Assembly (NCBI GenBank): GCA_051294905.1
Contig: CM119372.1
Span: 40,488,001-40,552,000 of the forward strand
Reading direction: 5' to 3'
Source: Botryllus schlosseri
Taxonomy: Eukaryota
DNA length: 64,000 bases
The notes below the pieces were generated by a model. The model was not told where the DNA came from. It was given only the letters and a program-made list of their open reading frames with translations, and did no database searches. Below are positions 50,501 to 64,000 of the stretch, in pieces. Every line of letters begins with the position of its first letter. Position 1 is the stretch's first letter. The position numbers and the translations under genes were made by a program.

Positions 50501-53500
50501 TAGTAGCCGAGCTTGCTAGATAATTTTGAGAAATAAAATGTGAGTTTTGGCCTGCATCGTGATTCGATTTTTCACATTACGCAAGAACCGATCTAAACAG
50601 ACGGTGTTATCAGATGGCCAATGATGGTTTGTTCAGGGTCTGTAGATAAGATTGGTTCGATTGCTGGCTTCCTAAGATTGCGCCGTATCCAGTAAAAGGA
50701 CATACGACTCACCAACTACTCAAGTGCCCGTAATACAATCACCTTACATATTGATTGTGTTAAGGTGAGTCCGCAATACAAAATGCTCCTGGTGCGCTCG
50801 GATTTCTCAATTTGTCGTACCTGATAAGCAGGCTTCCTAGGAGCCGAGCATGCTAGATAATTTTGAGAAATAATATGTGAGTTTTGGCCTGCATCGTGAT
50901 TCGATATTTCACATTACGCAGGAACGGACCTAAACAGACGGTATTATCAGCTGGCCAATGATAGTTTGTTCAGGGTCTGTAGATAAGATTGGTTCGATTG
51001 CTGGCTTCCGAAGATTGCGCCGTGTCCAGCGAATGTACATACGACTCACGAACTACTTAAGCGCCCGTAATGCAATCATCTTACATATTGATTGTGTTAA
51101 GGTGAGTCCGCATTAAAAAATGCTCCGAGTGCGCTCGGATTTTTCAATTAGTCGTATTTGATAAGCAGGCTTCCTAGTAGCCGAGCTTGCTAGATAATTT
51201 TGAGAAATAATATGTGAGTTATGGCCTGCATCGTGATTCGATATTTCACATTACGCAGGAACGGACCTAAACAGACGGTATTATCAGCTGGCCAATGAAG
51301 GTTTGTTCACGGACTCTAGATAAGATTGGTTCGATTGCTGGCTTCCGAAGATTGCGCCGTGCCCAGTAAAAGGACATACGACTCAAGTACTAATCAAGCG
51401 CCCGTAATACAATCACCTTACATATTGATTGTGTTAAGGTGAGTCCGCATTACAAAATGCTCCGAGTGCGCTCGGATTTTTCAATTAGTCGTATCTGATA
51501 TGCAGGCTTCCTAGTAGCCGAGCTTGCTAGATAATTTTGAGAAATAATATGTGAGTTTTGGCCTGCAACGTGATTCGATTTTTAACATTACGCAAGAACC
51601 GACCTAAAATACGGTGTTTTCAGCTGGCCAATGATGGTTTGTTCAGGTTCTGTAGATAAGATTGGTTCGATTGCTGGCTTTCGAAGATTGCGCCGTGTCC
51701 AGCGAATGTACATACGACTCACGAACTACTTAAGCGCCCGTAATACAATCACCTTACATATTGATTGTCTTAAGACGAGTCCGCATTACAAAATGCTCCT
51801 GGTGCCCTCGGATTTTTCAATTTGTCGTACCTGATAAGCAGGCTTCCTAGGAGCCGAGCTTGCTAGATAATTTTGAGAAATAATATGTGAGTTTTGGCCT
51901 GCATCGTGATTCGATATTTCACATTACGCAAGAACCGATCTAAACAGACGGTATTATCAGCTGGCCAATGATGGTTTGTTCACGGTCTGTAGATAAGATT
52001 GGTTCGATTGCTGGCTTCCGAAGATTGCGCCGTGTCCAGTAAAAGGACATACGACTCAAGAACTAATCAAGCGCCCGTAATACAATCATCTTAAATATTG
52101 ATTGTCTTAAGGTGAGTCCGCATTACAAAATGCTCCGAGTGCGCTCGGATTTTTCAATTAGTCGTATCTGATAAGCAGGCTTCCTAGTAGCCGAGCTTGC
52201 TAGATAATTTTGAGAAATAATCTGTGAGTTTTGGCCTGCATCGTGATTCGATATTTCACATTACGCAGGAACGGACAAAAACAGACGGTATTATCAGCTG
52301 GCCAATGATAGTTTGTTCAGGGTCTGTAGATAAGATTGGTTCGATTGCTGGCTTCCGAAGATTGCGCCGTGTCCAGCAAATGTACATACGACTCACAAAC
52401 TACTTAAGCGCCCGTGATACCATCATCTTACATATTGATTGTGTTAAGGTGAGTCCGCATTACAAAATGCTCCGAGTGCGCTCGGATTTTTCAATTAGTC
52501 GTATCTGATAAACAGGCTTCCTAGTAGCCGAGCTTGCTAGATAATTTTGAGAAATAAAATGTGAGTTTTGGCCTGCATCGTGATTCGATTTTTCACATTA
52601 CGCAAGAACCGATCTAAACAGACGGTGTTATCAGCTGGCCAATGATGGTTTGTTCAGGGTCTGTAGATAAGATTGGTTCGATTGCTGGCTTCCTAAGATT
52701 GCGCCGTGTCCAGTAAAAGGACATACGACTCACGAACTACTCAAGTGCCCGTAATACAATCACCTTACATATTGATTGTGTTAAGGTGAGTCCGCAATAC
52801 AAAATGCTCCTGGTGCGCTCGGATTTCTCAATTTGTCGTACCTGATAAGCAGGCTTCCTAGGAGCCGAGCATGCTAGATAATTTTGAGAAATAATATGTG
52901 AGTTTTGGCCTGCATCGTGATTCGATATTTCACATTACGCAGGAACGGACCTAAACAGACGGTATTATCAGCTGGCCAATGATAGTTTGTTCAGGGTCTG
53001 TAGATAAGATTGGTTCGATTGCTGGCTTCCGAAGATTGCGCCGTGTCCAGCGAATGTACATACGACTCACGAACTACTTAAGCGCCCGTAATGCAATCAT
53101 CTTACATATTGATTGTGTTAAGGTGAGTCCGCATTAAAAAATGCTCCGAGTGCGCTCGGATTATTCAATTAGTCGTATTTGATAAGCAGGCTTCCTAGTA
53201 GCCGAGCTTGCTAGATAATTTTGAGAAATAATATGTGAGTTATGGCCTGCATCGTGATTCGATATTTCACATTACGCAGGAACGGACCTAAACAGACGGT
53301 ATTATCAGCTGGCCAATGAAGGTTTGTTCACGGACTCTAGATAAGATTGGTTCGATTGCTGGCTTCCGAAGATTGCGCCGTGTCCAGTAAAAGGACATAC
53401 GACTCACGAACTACTTAAGCGCCCGTAATACAACACCTTACATATTGATTGTGTTAAGGTGAGTGCTCATTACAAAATGCTCCTGGTGCGCTTGGATTTT

Positions 53501-56500
53501 TCAATTTGTCGTACCTGATAAGCAGGGTTCCTAGGAGCCGAGCATGCTAGATAATTTTGAGAAATAATATGTGAGTTTTGGCCTGCATCGTGATTCGATA
53601 TTTCACATTACGCAGGAACGGACCTAAACAGACGGTATTATCAGCTGGCCAATGATAGTTTGTTCAGGGTCTGTAGATAAGATTTGTTCGATTGCTGGCT
53701 TCCGAAGATTGCGCCGTGTCCAGCGAATGTACATACGACTCACGAACTACTTAAGCGCCCGTAATACAATCATCCTACATATTGATTGTGTTAAGGTGAG
53801 TCCGCATTACAAAATGCTCCGAGTGCGCTCGGATTTTTCAATTAGTCGTATTTGATAAGCAGGCTTCCTAGTAGCCGAGCTTGCTAGATAATTTTGAGAA
53901 ATTATATGTGAGTTTTGGCCTGCATCGTGATTCGATATTTCACATTACGCAGGAACGGACCTAAACAGACGGTATTATCAGCTGGCCAATGATGGTTTGT
54001 TCAGGTTCTGTAGATAAGATTGGTTCGATTGCTGGCTTTCGAAGATTGCGCCGTGTCCAGCGAATGTACATACGACTCACGAACTATTTAAGCGCCCGTA
54101 ATACAATCACCTTACATATTGATTGTCTTAAGGCGAGTCCGCATTACAAAATGCTCCTGGTGCCCTCGGATTTTTCAATTTGTCGTACCTGATAAGCAGG
54201 CTTCCTAGGAGCCGAGCTTGCTAGATAATTTTGAGAAATAATATGTGAGTTTTGGCCTGCATCGTGATTCGATATTTCACATTACGCAAGAACCGATCTA
54301 AACAGACGGTATTATCAGCTGGCCAATGATGGTTTGTTCACGGTCTGTAGATAAGATTGGTTCGATTGCTGGCTTCCGAAGATTGCGCCGTGTCCAGTAA
54401 AAGGACATACGACTCAAGAACTAATCAAGCGCCCGTAATACAATCATCTTACATATTGATTGTCTTAAGGTGAGTCCGCATTACAAAATGCTCCGAGTGC
54501 GCTCGGATTTTTCAATTAGTCGTATCTGATAAGCAGGCTTCCTAGTAGCCGAGCTTGCTGGATAATTTTGAGAAATAATCTGTGAGTTTTGGCCTGCATC
54601 GTGATTCGATATTTCACATTACGCAGGAACGGAACTAAACAGACGGTATTATCAGCTGGCCAATGATAGTTTGTTCAGGGTCTGTAGATAAGATTGGTTC
54701 GATTGCTGGCTTCCGAAGATTGCGCCGTGTCCAGCGAATGTACATACGACTCACGAACTACTTAAGCGCCCGTAATACAATCATCTTACATATTGATTGT
54801 GTTAAGGTGAGTCCGCATTACAAAATGCTCCGAGTGCGCTCGGATTTTTCAATTATTCGTATCTGATAAGCAGGCTTCCTAGTGGCCGAGCTTGCTAGAT
54901 AATTTTGAGAAATAATATGTGAGTTTTGGCCTGCATCGTGATTCGATTTTTCACATTACGCAAGAACCGATCTAAACAAACGGTATTATCAGCTGGCCAA
55001 TGATGGTTTGTTCAGGTTCTGTAGATTAGATTGGATCGATTTCTGGCTTTCGAAGATTGCGCCGTGTCCAGCGAATGTACATACGACTCACGAACTAATC
55101 AAGCGCCCGTAATACAATCATCTTACATATTGATTGTGTTAAGGTGAGTCCGCATTACAAAATGCTCCGAGTGCGCTCGGATTTTTCAATTTGTCGTACC
55201 TGATAAGCAGGCTTCCTAGGAGCCGAGCATGCTAGATAATTTTGAGAAATTATATGTGAGTTTTGGCCTGCATCGTGATTCGATATTTCACATTACGCAG
55301 GAACGGACCGAAACAGACGGTATTATCTGCTGGCCAATGATAGTTTGTTCAGGGTCTGTAGATAAGATTGGTTCGATTGCTGGCTTCCGAAGATTGCGCC
55401 GTGTCCAGCAAATGTACATACGACTCACAAACTATTTAAGCGCCCGTAATACAATCATCTTACATATTGATTGTGTTAAGGTGAGTCCGCATTACAAAAT
55501 GCTCCGAGTGCGCTCGGATTTTTCAATTAGTCGTATCTGATAAGCAGGCTTCCTAGTAGCCGAGCTTGCTAGATAATTTTGAGAAATAAAATGTGAGTTT
55601 TGGCCTGCATCGTGATTCGATTTTTCACATTACGCAAGAACCGATCTAAACAGACGGTATTATCAGCTGGCCAATGATGGTTTGTTCAGGGTCTGTAGAT
55701 AAGATTGGTTCGATTGCTAGCTTACGAAGATTGCGCCGTGTCCAGTAAAAGGACATACGACTCACGAACTACTTAAGCGCCCGTAATACAACACCTTACA
55801 TATTGATTGTGTTAAGGTGAGTCCACATTACAAAATGCTCCTGGTGCGCTCGGATTTTTCAATTTGTCGTACCTGATAAGCAGGCTTCCTAGGAGCCGAG
55901 CATGCTAGATAATTTTGAGAAATAATATGTGAGTTTTGGCCTGCATCGTGATTCGATATTTCACATTACGCAGGAACGGACCTAAACAGACGGTATTATC
56001 AGCTGGCCAATGATAGTTTGTTCCGGGTCTGTAGATAAGATTTGTTCGATTGCTGGCTTCCGAAGATTGCGCCGTGTCCAGCGAATGTACATACGACTCA
56101 CGAACTACTTAAGCGCCCGTAATACAATCATCCTACATATTGATTGTGTTAAGGTGAGTCCGCATTACAAAATGCTCCGAGTGCGCTCGGATTTTTCAAT
56201 TAGTCGTATTTGATAAGCAGGCTTCCTAGTAGCCGAGCTTGCTAGATAATTTTGAGAAATAATATGTGAGTTTTGGCCTGCATCGTGATTCGATATTTCA
56301 CATTACGCAGGAACGGACCTAAACAGACGGTATTATCAGCTGGCCAATGATGGTTTGTTCACGGACTCTAGATAAGATTGGTTCGATTGCTGGCTTCCGA
56401 AGATTGCGCCGTGTCCAGTAAAAGGACATACGACTCAAGTACTAATCAAGCGCCCGTAATACAATCACCTTACATATTGATTGTGTTAAGGTGAGTCAGC

Positions 56501-59500
56501 ATTACAAAATGCTCCGAGTGCGCTCGGATTTTTCAATTATTCGTATCTGATAAGCAGGCTTCCTAGTAGCCGAGCTTGCTAGATAATTTTGAGAAATAAT
56601 ATGTGAGTTTTGGCCTGCAACGTGATTCGATTTTTAACATTACGCAAGAACCGACTTAAAATACGGTGTTTTCAGCTGGCCAATGATGGTTTGTTCAGGT
56701 TCTGTAGATAAGTTTGGTTCGATTGCTGGCTTTCGAAGATTGCGCCGTGTCCAGCGAATGTACATACGACTCATGAACTACTTAAGCGCCCGTAATACAA
56801 TCACCTTACATATTGATTGTCTTAAGGCGAGTCCGCATTACAAAATGCTCCTGGTGCCCTCGGATTTTTCAATTTGTCGTACCTGATAAGCAGGCTTCCT
56901 GGAGCCGAGCTTGCTAGATAATTTTGAGAAATAATATGTGAGTTTTGGCCTGCATCGTGATTCGATATTTCACATTACGCAAGAACCGATCTAAACAGAC
57001 GGTATTATCAGCTGGCCAATGATGGTTTGTTCACGGTCTGTAGATAAGATTGGTTCGATTGCTGGCTTCCGAAGATTGCGTCGTGTCCAGTAAAAGGACA
57101 TACGACTCAAGAACTAATCAAGCGCCCGTAATACAATCACCTTACATATTGATTGTCTTAAGGTGAGTCCGCATTACAAAATGCTCCGAGTGCGCTCGGA
57201 TTTTTCAATTAGTCGTATCTGAAAAGCAGGCTTCCTAGTAGCCGAGCTTGCTAGATAATTTTGAGAAATAATATGTGAGTTTTGGCCTGCATCGTGATTC
57301 GATATTTCACATTACGCAGGAACGGAACTAAACAGACGGTATTATCAGCTGGCCAATGATAGTTTGTTCAGGGTCTGTAGATAAGATTGGTTCGATTGCT
57401 GGCTTCCGACGATTGCGCCGTGTCCAGCGAATGTACATACGACTCACGAACTACTTAAGCGCCCGTAATACAATCATCTTACATATTGATTGTGTTAAGG
57501 TGAGTCCGCATTACAAAATGCTCCGAGTGCGCTCGGATTTTTCAATTAGTCGTATCTGATAAACAGGCTTCCTAGTAGCCGAGCTTGCTAGATAATTTTG
57601 AGAAATAAAATGTGAGTTTTGGCCTGCATCGTGATTCGATATTTCACATTACGCAGGAACGGACCGAAACAGACGGTATTATCAGCTGGCCAATGATAGT
57701 TTGTTCAGGGTCTGTAGATAAGATTGGTTCGATTGCTGGCTTTCGAAGATTGCGCCGTGTCCAGCGAATGTACATACGACTCACGAACTACTTTAGCGCC
57801 CGTAATGCAATCATCTTACATATTGATTGTGTTAAGGTGAGTCCGCATTACAAAATGCTCCGAGTGCGCTCGGATTTTTCAATTAGTCGTATTTGATAAG
57901 CAGGCTTCCTAGTAGCCGAGCTTGCTAGATAATTTTGAGAAATAATATGTGAGTTATGGCCTGCATCGTGATTCGATATTTCACATTACGCAGGAACGGA
58001 CCTAAACAGACAGTATTATCCGCGGGCCAATGAAGGTTTGTTCACGGACTCTAGATAAGATTGGTTCGATTGCTGGCTTCCGAAGATTGCGCCGTGTGCA
58101 GTAAAAGGACATACGACTCAAGTACTAATCAAGCGCCTGTAATACAATCACCTTACATATTGATTGTGTTAAGGTGAGTCCGCATTACAAAATGCTCCGA
58201 GTGCGCTCGGATTTTTCAATCAGTCGTATCTGATAAGCAGGCTTCCTAGTAGCCGAGCTTGCTAGATAATTTTGAGAAATAATCTGTGAGTTTTGGCCTG
58301 CATCGTGATTCGATATTTCACATTACGCAGGAACGGAACTAAACAGACGGTATTATCAGCTGGCCAATGATAGTTTGTTCAGGGTCTGTAGATAAGATTG
58401 GTTCGATTGCTGGCTTCCGAAGATTGCGCCGTGTCCAGCGAATGTACATACGACTCACGAACTACTTAAGCGCCCGTAATACAATCACCTTACATATTGA
58501 TTGTCTTAAGGCGAGTCCGCATTACAAAATGCTCCTGGTGCATTCTGATTTTTCAATTTGTCGTACCTGATAAGCAGGCTTCCTAGGAGCCGAGCTTGCT
58601 AGATAATTTTGAGAAATAATATGTGAGTTTTGGCCTGCATCGTGATTCGATTTTTCACATTACGCAAGAACCGATCTAAACAGACGGTATTATCAGCTGG
58701 CCAATGATGGTTTGTTCAGGGTCTGTAGATAAGATTGGTTCGATTGCTGGCTTCCGAAGATTGCGCCGTGTCCAGCAAATGTACATACGACTCACAAACT
58801 ACTTAAGCGCCCGTAATACAATCATCTTACATATTGATTGTGTTAAGGTGTGTCCGCACTACAAAATGCTCCGAGTGCGCTCGGATTTTTCAATTAGTCG
58901 TATTTGATAAACAGGCTTCCTAGTAGCCGAGCTTGCTAGATAATTTTGAGAAATAAAATGTGAGTTTTGGCCTGCATCGTGATTCGATATTTCACATTAC
59001 GCAGGAACGGACCGAAACAGACGGTATTATCAGCTGGCCAATGATAGTTTGTTCAGGGTCTGTAGATAAGATTGGTTCGATTGCTGGCTTTCGAAGATTG
59101 CGCCGTGTCCAGTAAAAGGACATACGACTCACGAACTACTCAAGTGCCCGTAATACAATCACCTTACATATTGATTGTGTTAAGGTGAGTCCGCAATACA
59201 AAATGCTCCTGGTGCGCTCGGATTTTTCAATTTGTCGTACCTGATAAGCAGGCTTCCTAGGAGCCGAGCATGCTAGATAATTTTGAGAAATAATATGTGA
59301 GTTTTGGCCTGCATCGTGATTCGATATTTCACATTACGCAGGAACGGACCTAAACAGACGGTATTATCAGCGGGCCAATGAAGGTTTGTTCACGGACTCT
59401 AGATAAGATTAGTTCGATTGCTGGCTTCCGAAGATTGCGCCGTGTCCAGTAAAAGGACATACGACTCAAGTACTAATCAAGCGCCCGTAATACAATCACC

Positions 59501-62500
59501 TTACATATTGATTGTGTTAAGGTGAGTCCGCATTACAAAATGCTCCGAGTGCGCTCGGATTTTTCAATTAGTCGTATCTGATAAGCAGGCTTCCTAGTTT
59601 CCGAGCTTGCTAGATAATTTTGAGAAATAAAATGTGAGTTTTGGCCTGCATCGTGATTCGATTTTTCACATTACGCAAGAACCGATCTAAACAGACGGTA
59701 TTATCAGCTGGCCAATGATAGTTTGTTCAGGGTCTGTAGATAAGATTGGTTCGATTGCTGGCTTCCGAAGATTGCGCCGTGTCCAGCGAATGTACATACG
59801 ACTCACAAACTACTTAAGCGCCCGTAATACAATCATCTTACATATTGATTGTGTTAAGGTGAGTCCGCATTACAAAATGCTTCGAATGCGCTCGGATTTT
59901 TCAATTAGTCGTATCTGATAAGCAGGCTTCCTAGTTTCCGAGCTTGCTAGATAATTTTGAGAAATAAAATGTGAGTTTTGGCCTGCATCGTGATTCGATT
60001 TTTCACATTACGCAAGAACCGATCTAAACAGACGGTATTATCAGCTGGCCAATGATGGTTTGTTCAGGGTCTGTAGATAAGATTGGTTCGATTGCTAGCT
60101 TCCGAAGATTGCGCCGTGTCCAGTAAAAGGACATACGACTCACGAACTACTTAAGCGCCCGTAATACAACACCTTACATATTGATTGTGTTAAGGTCAGT
60201 CCGCATTACAAAATGCTCCTGGTGCGCTCGGATTTTTCAATTTGTCGTACCTGATAAGCAGGCTTCCTAGGAGCCGAGCATGCTAGATAATCTTGAGAAA
60301 TAATATGTGAGTTTTGGCCTGCATCGTGATTCGATATTTCACATTACGCAGGAACGGACCTAATCAGACGGTATTATCAGCTGGCCAATGATAATTTGTT
60401 CAGGGTCTGTAGATAAGATTTGTTCGATTGCTGGCTTCCGAAGATTGCGCCGTGTCCAGCGAATGTACATACGACTCACGAACTACTTAAGCGCCCGTAA
60501 TACAATCATCCTACATATTGATTGTGTTAAGGTGAGTCCGCATTACAAAATGCTCCGAGTGCGCTCGGATTTTTCAATTAGTCGTATTTGATAAGCAGGC
60601 TTCCTAGTAGCCGAGCTTGCTAGATAATTTTGAGAAATAATATGTGAGTTTTGGCCTGCATCGTGATTCGATATTTCACATTACGCAGGAACGGACCTAA
60701 ACAGACGGTATTATCAGCTGGCCAATGATGGTTTGTTCACGGACTCTAGATAAGATTGGTTCGATTGCTGGCTTCCGAAGATTGCGATGTGTCCAGTAAA
60801 AGGACATACGACTCAAGTACTAATCAAGCGCCCGTAATACAATCACCTTACATATTGATTGTGTTAAGGTGAGTCCGCATTACAAAATGCTCCGAGTGCG
60901 CTCGGATTTTTCAATTAGTCGTATCTGATAAGCAGGCTTCCTAGTAGCCGAGCTTGCTAGATAATTTTGAGAAATAATATGTGAGTTTTGGCCTGCAACG
61001 TAATTCGATTTTTAACATTACGCAAGAACCGACCTAAAATACGGTGTTTTCAGCTGGCCAATGATGGTTTGTTCAGGTTCTGTAGATAAGATTGGTTCGA
61101 CTGCTGGCTTTCGAAGATTGCGCCGTGTCCAGCGAATGTACATACGACTCACGAACTACTTAAGCGCCCGTAATACAATCACCTTACATATTGATTGTCT
61201 TAAGGCGAGTCCGCATTACAAAATGCTCCTTGTGCCCTCGGATTTTTCAATTTGTCGTACCTGATAAGCAGGCTTCCTAGGAGCCGAGCTTGCTAGATAA
61301 TTTTGAGAAATAATATGTGAGTTTTGGCCTGCATCGTGATTCGATATTTCACATTACGCAAGAACCGATATAAACAGACGGTATTATCAGCTGGCCAATG
61401 ATGGTTTGTTCACGGTCTGTAGATAAGATTGGTTCGATTGCTGGCTTCCGAAGATTGCGTCGTGTCCAGTAAAAGGACATACGACTCAAGAACTAATCAA
61501 GCGCCCGTAATACAATCACCTTACATATTGATTGTCTTAAGGTGAGTCCGCATTACAAAATGCTCCGAGTGCGCTCGGATTTTTCAATTAGTCGTATCTG
61601 ATAAACAGGCTTCCTAGTAGCCGAGCTTGCTAGATAATTTTGAGAAATAAAATGTGAGTTTTGGCCTGCATCGTGATTCGATATTTCACATTACGCAGGA
61701 ACTGACCGAAACAGACGGTATTATCAGCTGGCCAATGATAGTTTGTTCAGGGTCTGTAGATAAGATTGGTTCGATTGCTGGCTTTCGAAGATTGCGCCGT
61801 GTCCAGCGAATGTACATACGACTCACGAACTACTTTAGCGCCCGTAATGCAATCATCTTACATATTGATTGTGTTAAGGTGAGTCCGCATTACAAAATGC
61901 TCCGAGTGCGCTCGGATTTTTCAATTAGTCGTATTTGATAAGCAGGCTTCCTAGTAGCCGAGCTTGCTAGATAATTTTGAGAAATAATATGTGAGTTATG
62001 GCCTGCATCGTGATTCGATATTTCACATTACGCAGGAACGGACCTAAACAGACAGTATTATCCGCGGGCCAATGAAGGTTTGTTCACGGACTCTAGATAA
62101 GATTGGTTCGATTGCTGGCTTCCGAAGATTGCGCCGTGTCCAGTAAAAGGACATACGACTCAAGTACTAATCAAGCGCCTGTAATACAATCACCTTACAT
62201 ATTGATTGTGTTAAGGTGAGTCCGCATTACAAAATGCTCCGAGTGCGCTCGGATTTTTCAATCAGTCGTATCTGATAAGCAGGCTTCCTAGTAGCCGAGC
62301 TTGCTAGATAATTTTGAGAAATAATCTGTGAGTTTTGGCCTGCATCGTGATTCGATATTTCACATTACGCAGGAACGGAACTAAACAGACGGTATTATCA
62401 GCTGGCCAATGATAGTTTGTTCAGGGTCTGTAGATAAGATTGGTTCGATTGCTGGCTTCCGAAGATTGCGCCGTGTCCAGCGAATGTACATACGACTCAC

Positions 62501-64000
62501 GAACTACTTAAGCGCCCGTAATACAATCACCTTACATATTGATTGTCTTAAGGCGAGTCCGCATTACAAAATGCTCCTGGTGCATTCTGATTTTTCAATT
62601 TGTCGTACCTGATAAGCAGTCTTCCTAGGAGCCGAGCTTGCTAGATAATTTTGAGAAATAATATGTGAGTTTTGGCCTGCATCGTGATTCGATTTTTCAC
62701 ATTACGCAAGAACCGATCTAAACAGACGGTATTATCAGCTGGCCAATGATGGTTTGTTCAGGGTCTGTAGATAAGATTGGTTCGATTGCTGGCTTCCGAA
62801 GATTGCGCCGTGTCCAGCAAATGTACATACGACTCACAAACTACTTAAGCGCCCGTAATACAATCATCTTACATATTGATTGTGTTAAGGTGTGTCCGCA
62901 TTACAAAATGCTCCGAGTGCGCTCGGATTTTTCAATTAGTCGTATTTGATAAACAGGCTTCCTAGTAGCCGAGCTTGCTAGATAATTTTGAGAAATAAAA
63001 TGTGAGTTTTGGCCTGCATCGTGATTCGATATTTCACATTACGCAGGAACGGACCGAAACAGACGGTATTATCAGCTGGCCAATGATAGTTTGTTCAGGG
63101 TCTGTAGATAAGATTGGTTCGATTGCTGGCTTTCGAAGATTGCGCCGTGTCCAGCGAATGTACATACGACTCACAAACTACTTAAGCGCCCGTAATACAA
63201 TCATCTTACATATTGATTGTGTTAAGGTGAGTCCGCATTACAAAATGCTCCGAGTGCGCTCGGATTTTTCAATCAGTCGTATCTGATAAGCAGGCTTCCT
63301 AGTAGCCGAGCTTGCTAGATAATTTTGAGAAATAATCTGTGAGCTTTGGCCTGCATCGTGATTCGATATTTCACATTACGCAGGAACGGAACTAAACAGA
63401 CGGTATTATCAGCTGGCCAATGATAGTTTGTTCAGGGTCTGTAAATAAGATTGGTTCGATTGCTGGCTTCCGAAGATTGCGCCGTGTCCAGCGAATGTAC
63501 ATACGACTCACGAACTACTTAAGCGCCCGTAATACAATCACCTTACATATTGATTGTCTTAAGGCGAGTCCGCATTACAAAATGCTCCTGGTGCATTCGG
63601 ATTTTTCAATTTGTCGTACCTGATAAGCAGGCTTCCTAGGAGCCGAGCTTGCTAGATAATTTTGAGAAATAATATGTGAGTTTTGGCCTGCATCGTGATT
63701 CGATTTTTCACATTACGCAAGAACCGATCTAAACAGACGGTATTATCAGCTGGCCAATGATGGTTTGTTCGGGTTCTGTAGATTAGATTGGATCGATTTC
63801 TGGCTTTCGAAGATTGCGCCGTGTCCAGCGAATGTACATACGACTCACGAACTAATCAAGCGCCCGTAATACAATCATCTTACATATTGATTGTGTTAAG
63901 GTGAGTCCGCATTACAAAATGCTCCGAGTGCGCTCGGATTTTTCAATTTGTCGTACCTGATAAGCAGGCTTCCTAGGAGCCGAGCATGCTAGATAATTTT
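50501..64000 (-). repeat. Same 337-bp satellite in inverted orientation, ~40 copies (continues beyond the right edge)
   Basis: Reverse complement of the monomer with the same 336/337-bp periodicity and the same variant set. Confidence 0.98.

Noticed and set aside
50815..50860. Hammerhead ribozyme in the monomer (suggested by the ~335-bp ribozyme-bearing satellites of newts and schistosomes, and by CTGATAAG followed by a hairpin)
   Set aside because: The core reads CTGATAA rather than CTGANGA on both strands, and no GAAA follows the hairpin in the right place. An Rfam/Infernal scan would settle it.
263..63623. Dozens of near-identical 67/94/103-aa ORFs (MIVCSGSVDKIGSIAGFRRLRRVQ...) that look like a tandem gene family
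   Set aside because: They are translations of the satellite monomer. Roughly half or more of the monomers have stops, frameshifts or no start, there is no intergenic space, and I recognise no domain.
1..64000. CRISPR array or other prokaryotic repeat system
   Set aside because: No short repeat/unique spacer alternation and no cas genes; the only convincing gene has spliceosomal introns.

Overview
Eukaryotic (probably invertebrate animal; inferred) satellite-DNA window. About 60 kb is a tandem array of a 337-bp monomer (~179 copies; a few 336-bp variants). Monomers are mosaics of a limited set of diagnostic variants and are arranged in local block duplications of 3-15 monomers. Almost every ORF in the supplied track is a translation of this monomer and is not a gene. 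Two things break the array. (1) A single 3.74-kb DNA-transposon-like insertion at 4876-8617 has an 8-bp target-site duplication (GTTTAGAT) and CA...TG termini. Its outermost ~35-40 bp are not inverted copies of each other, but it carries 212-bp subterminal inverted repeats (207/212 identical). It encodes a spliced THAP zinc-finger domain on the minus strand (exons 8360-8200 and 7465-7319) that the ORF track largely misses. The 8-bp TSD, CA termini and THAP domain point to the P-element/Galileo superfamily; no catalytic DDE domain is visible. (2) The satellite switches orientation at 50494/50501 with a 6-bp filler. The inverted arm is, block by block, a condensed mirror image of specific parts of the forward arm (47.1-43.4 kb, 28.8-25.3 kb, 18.4-17.1 kb, 11.6-10.1 kb), so the window appears to contain the centre of a giant, asymmetrically expanded satellite palindrome.
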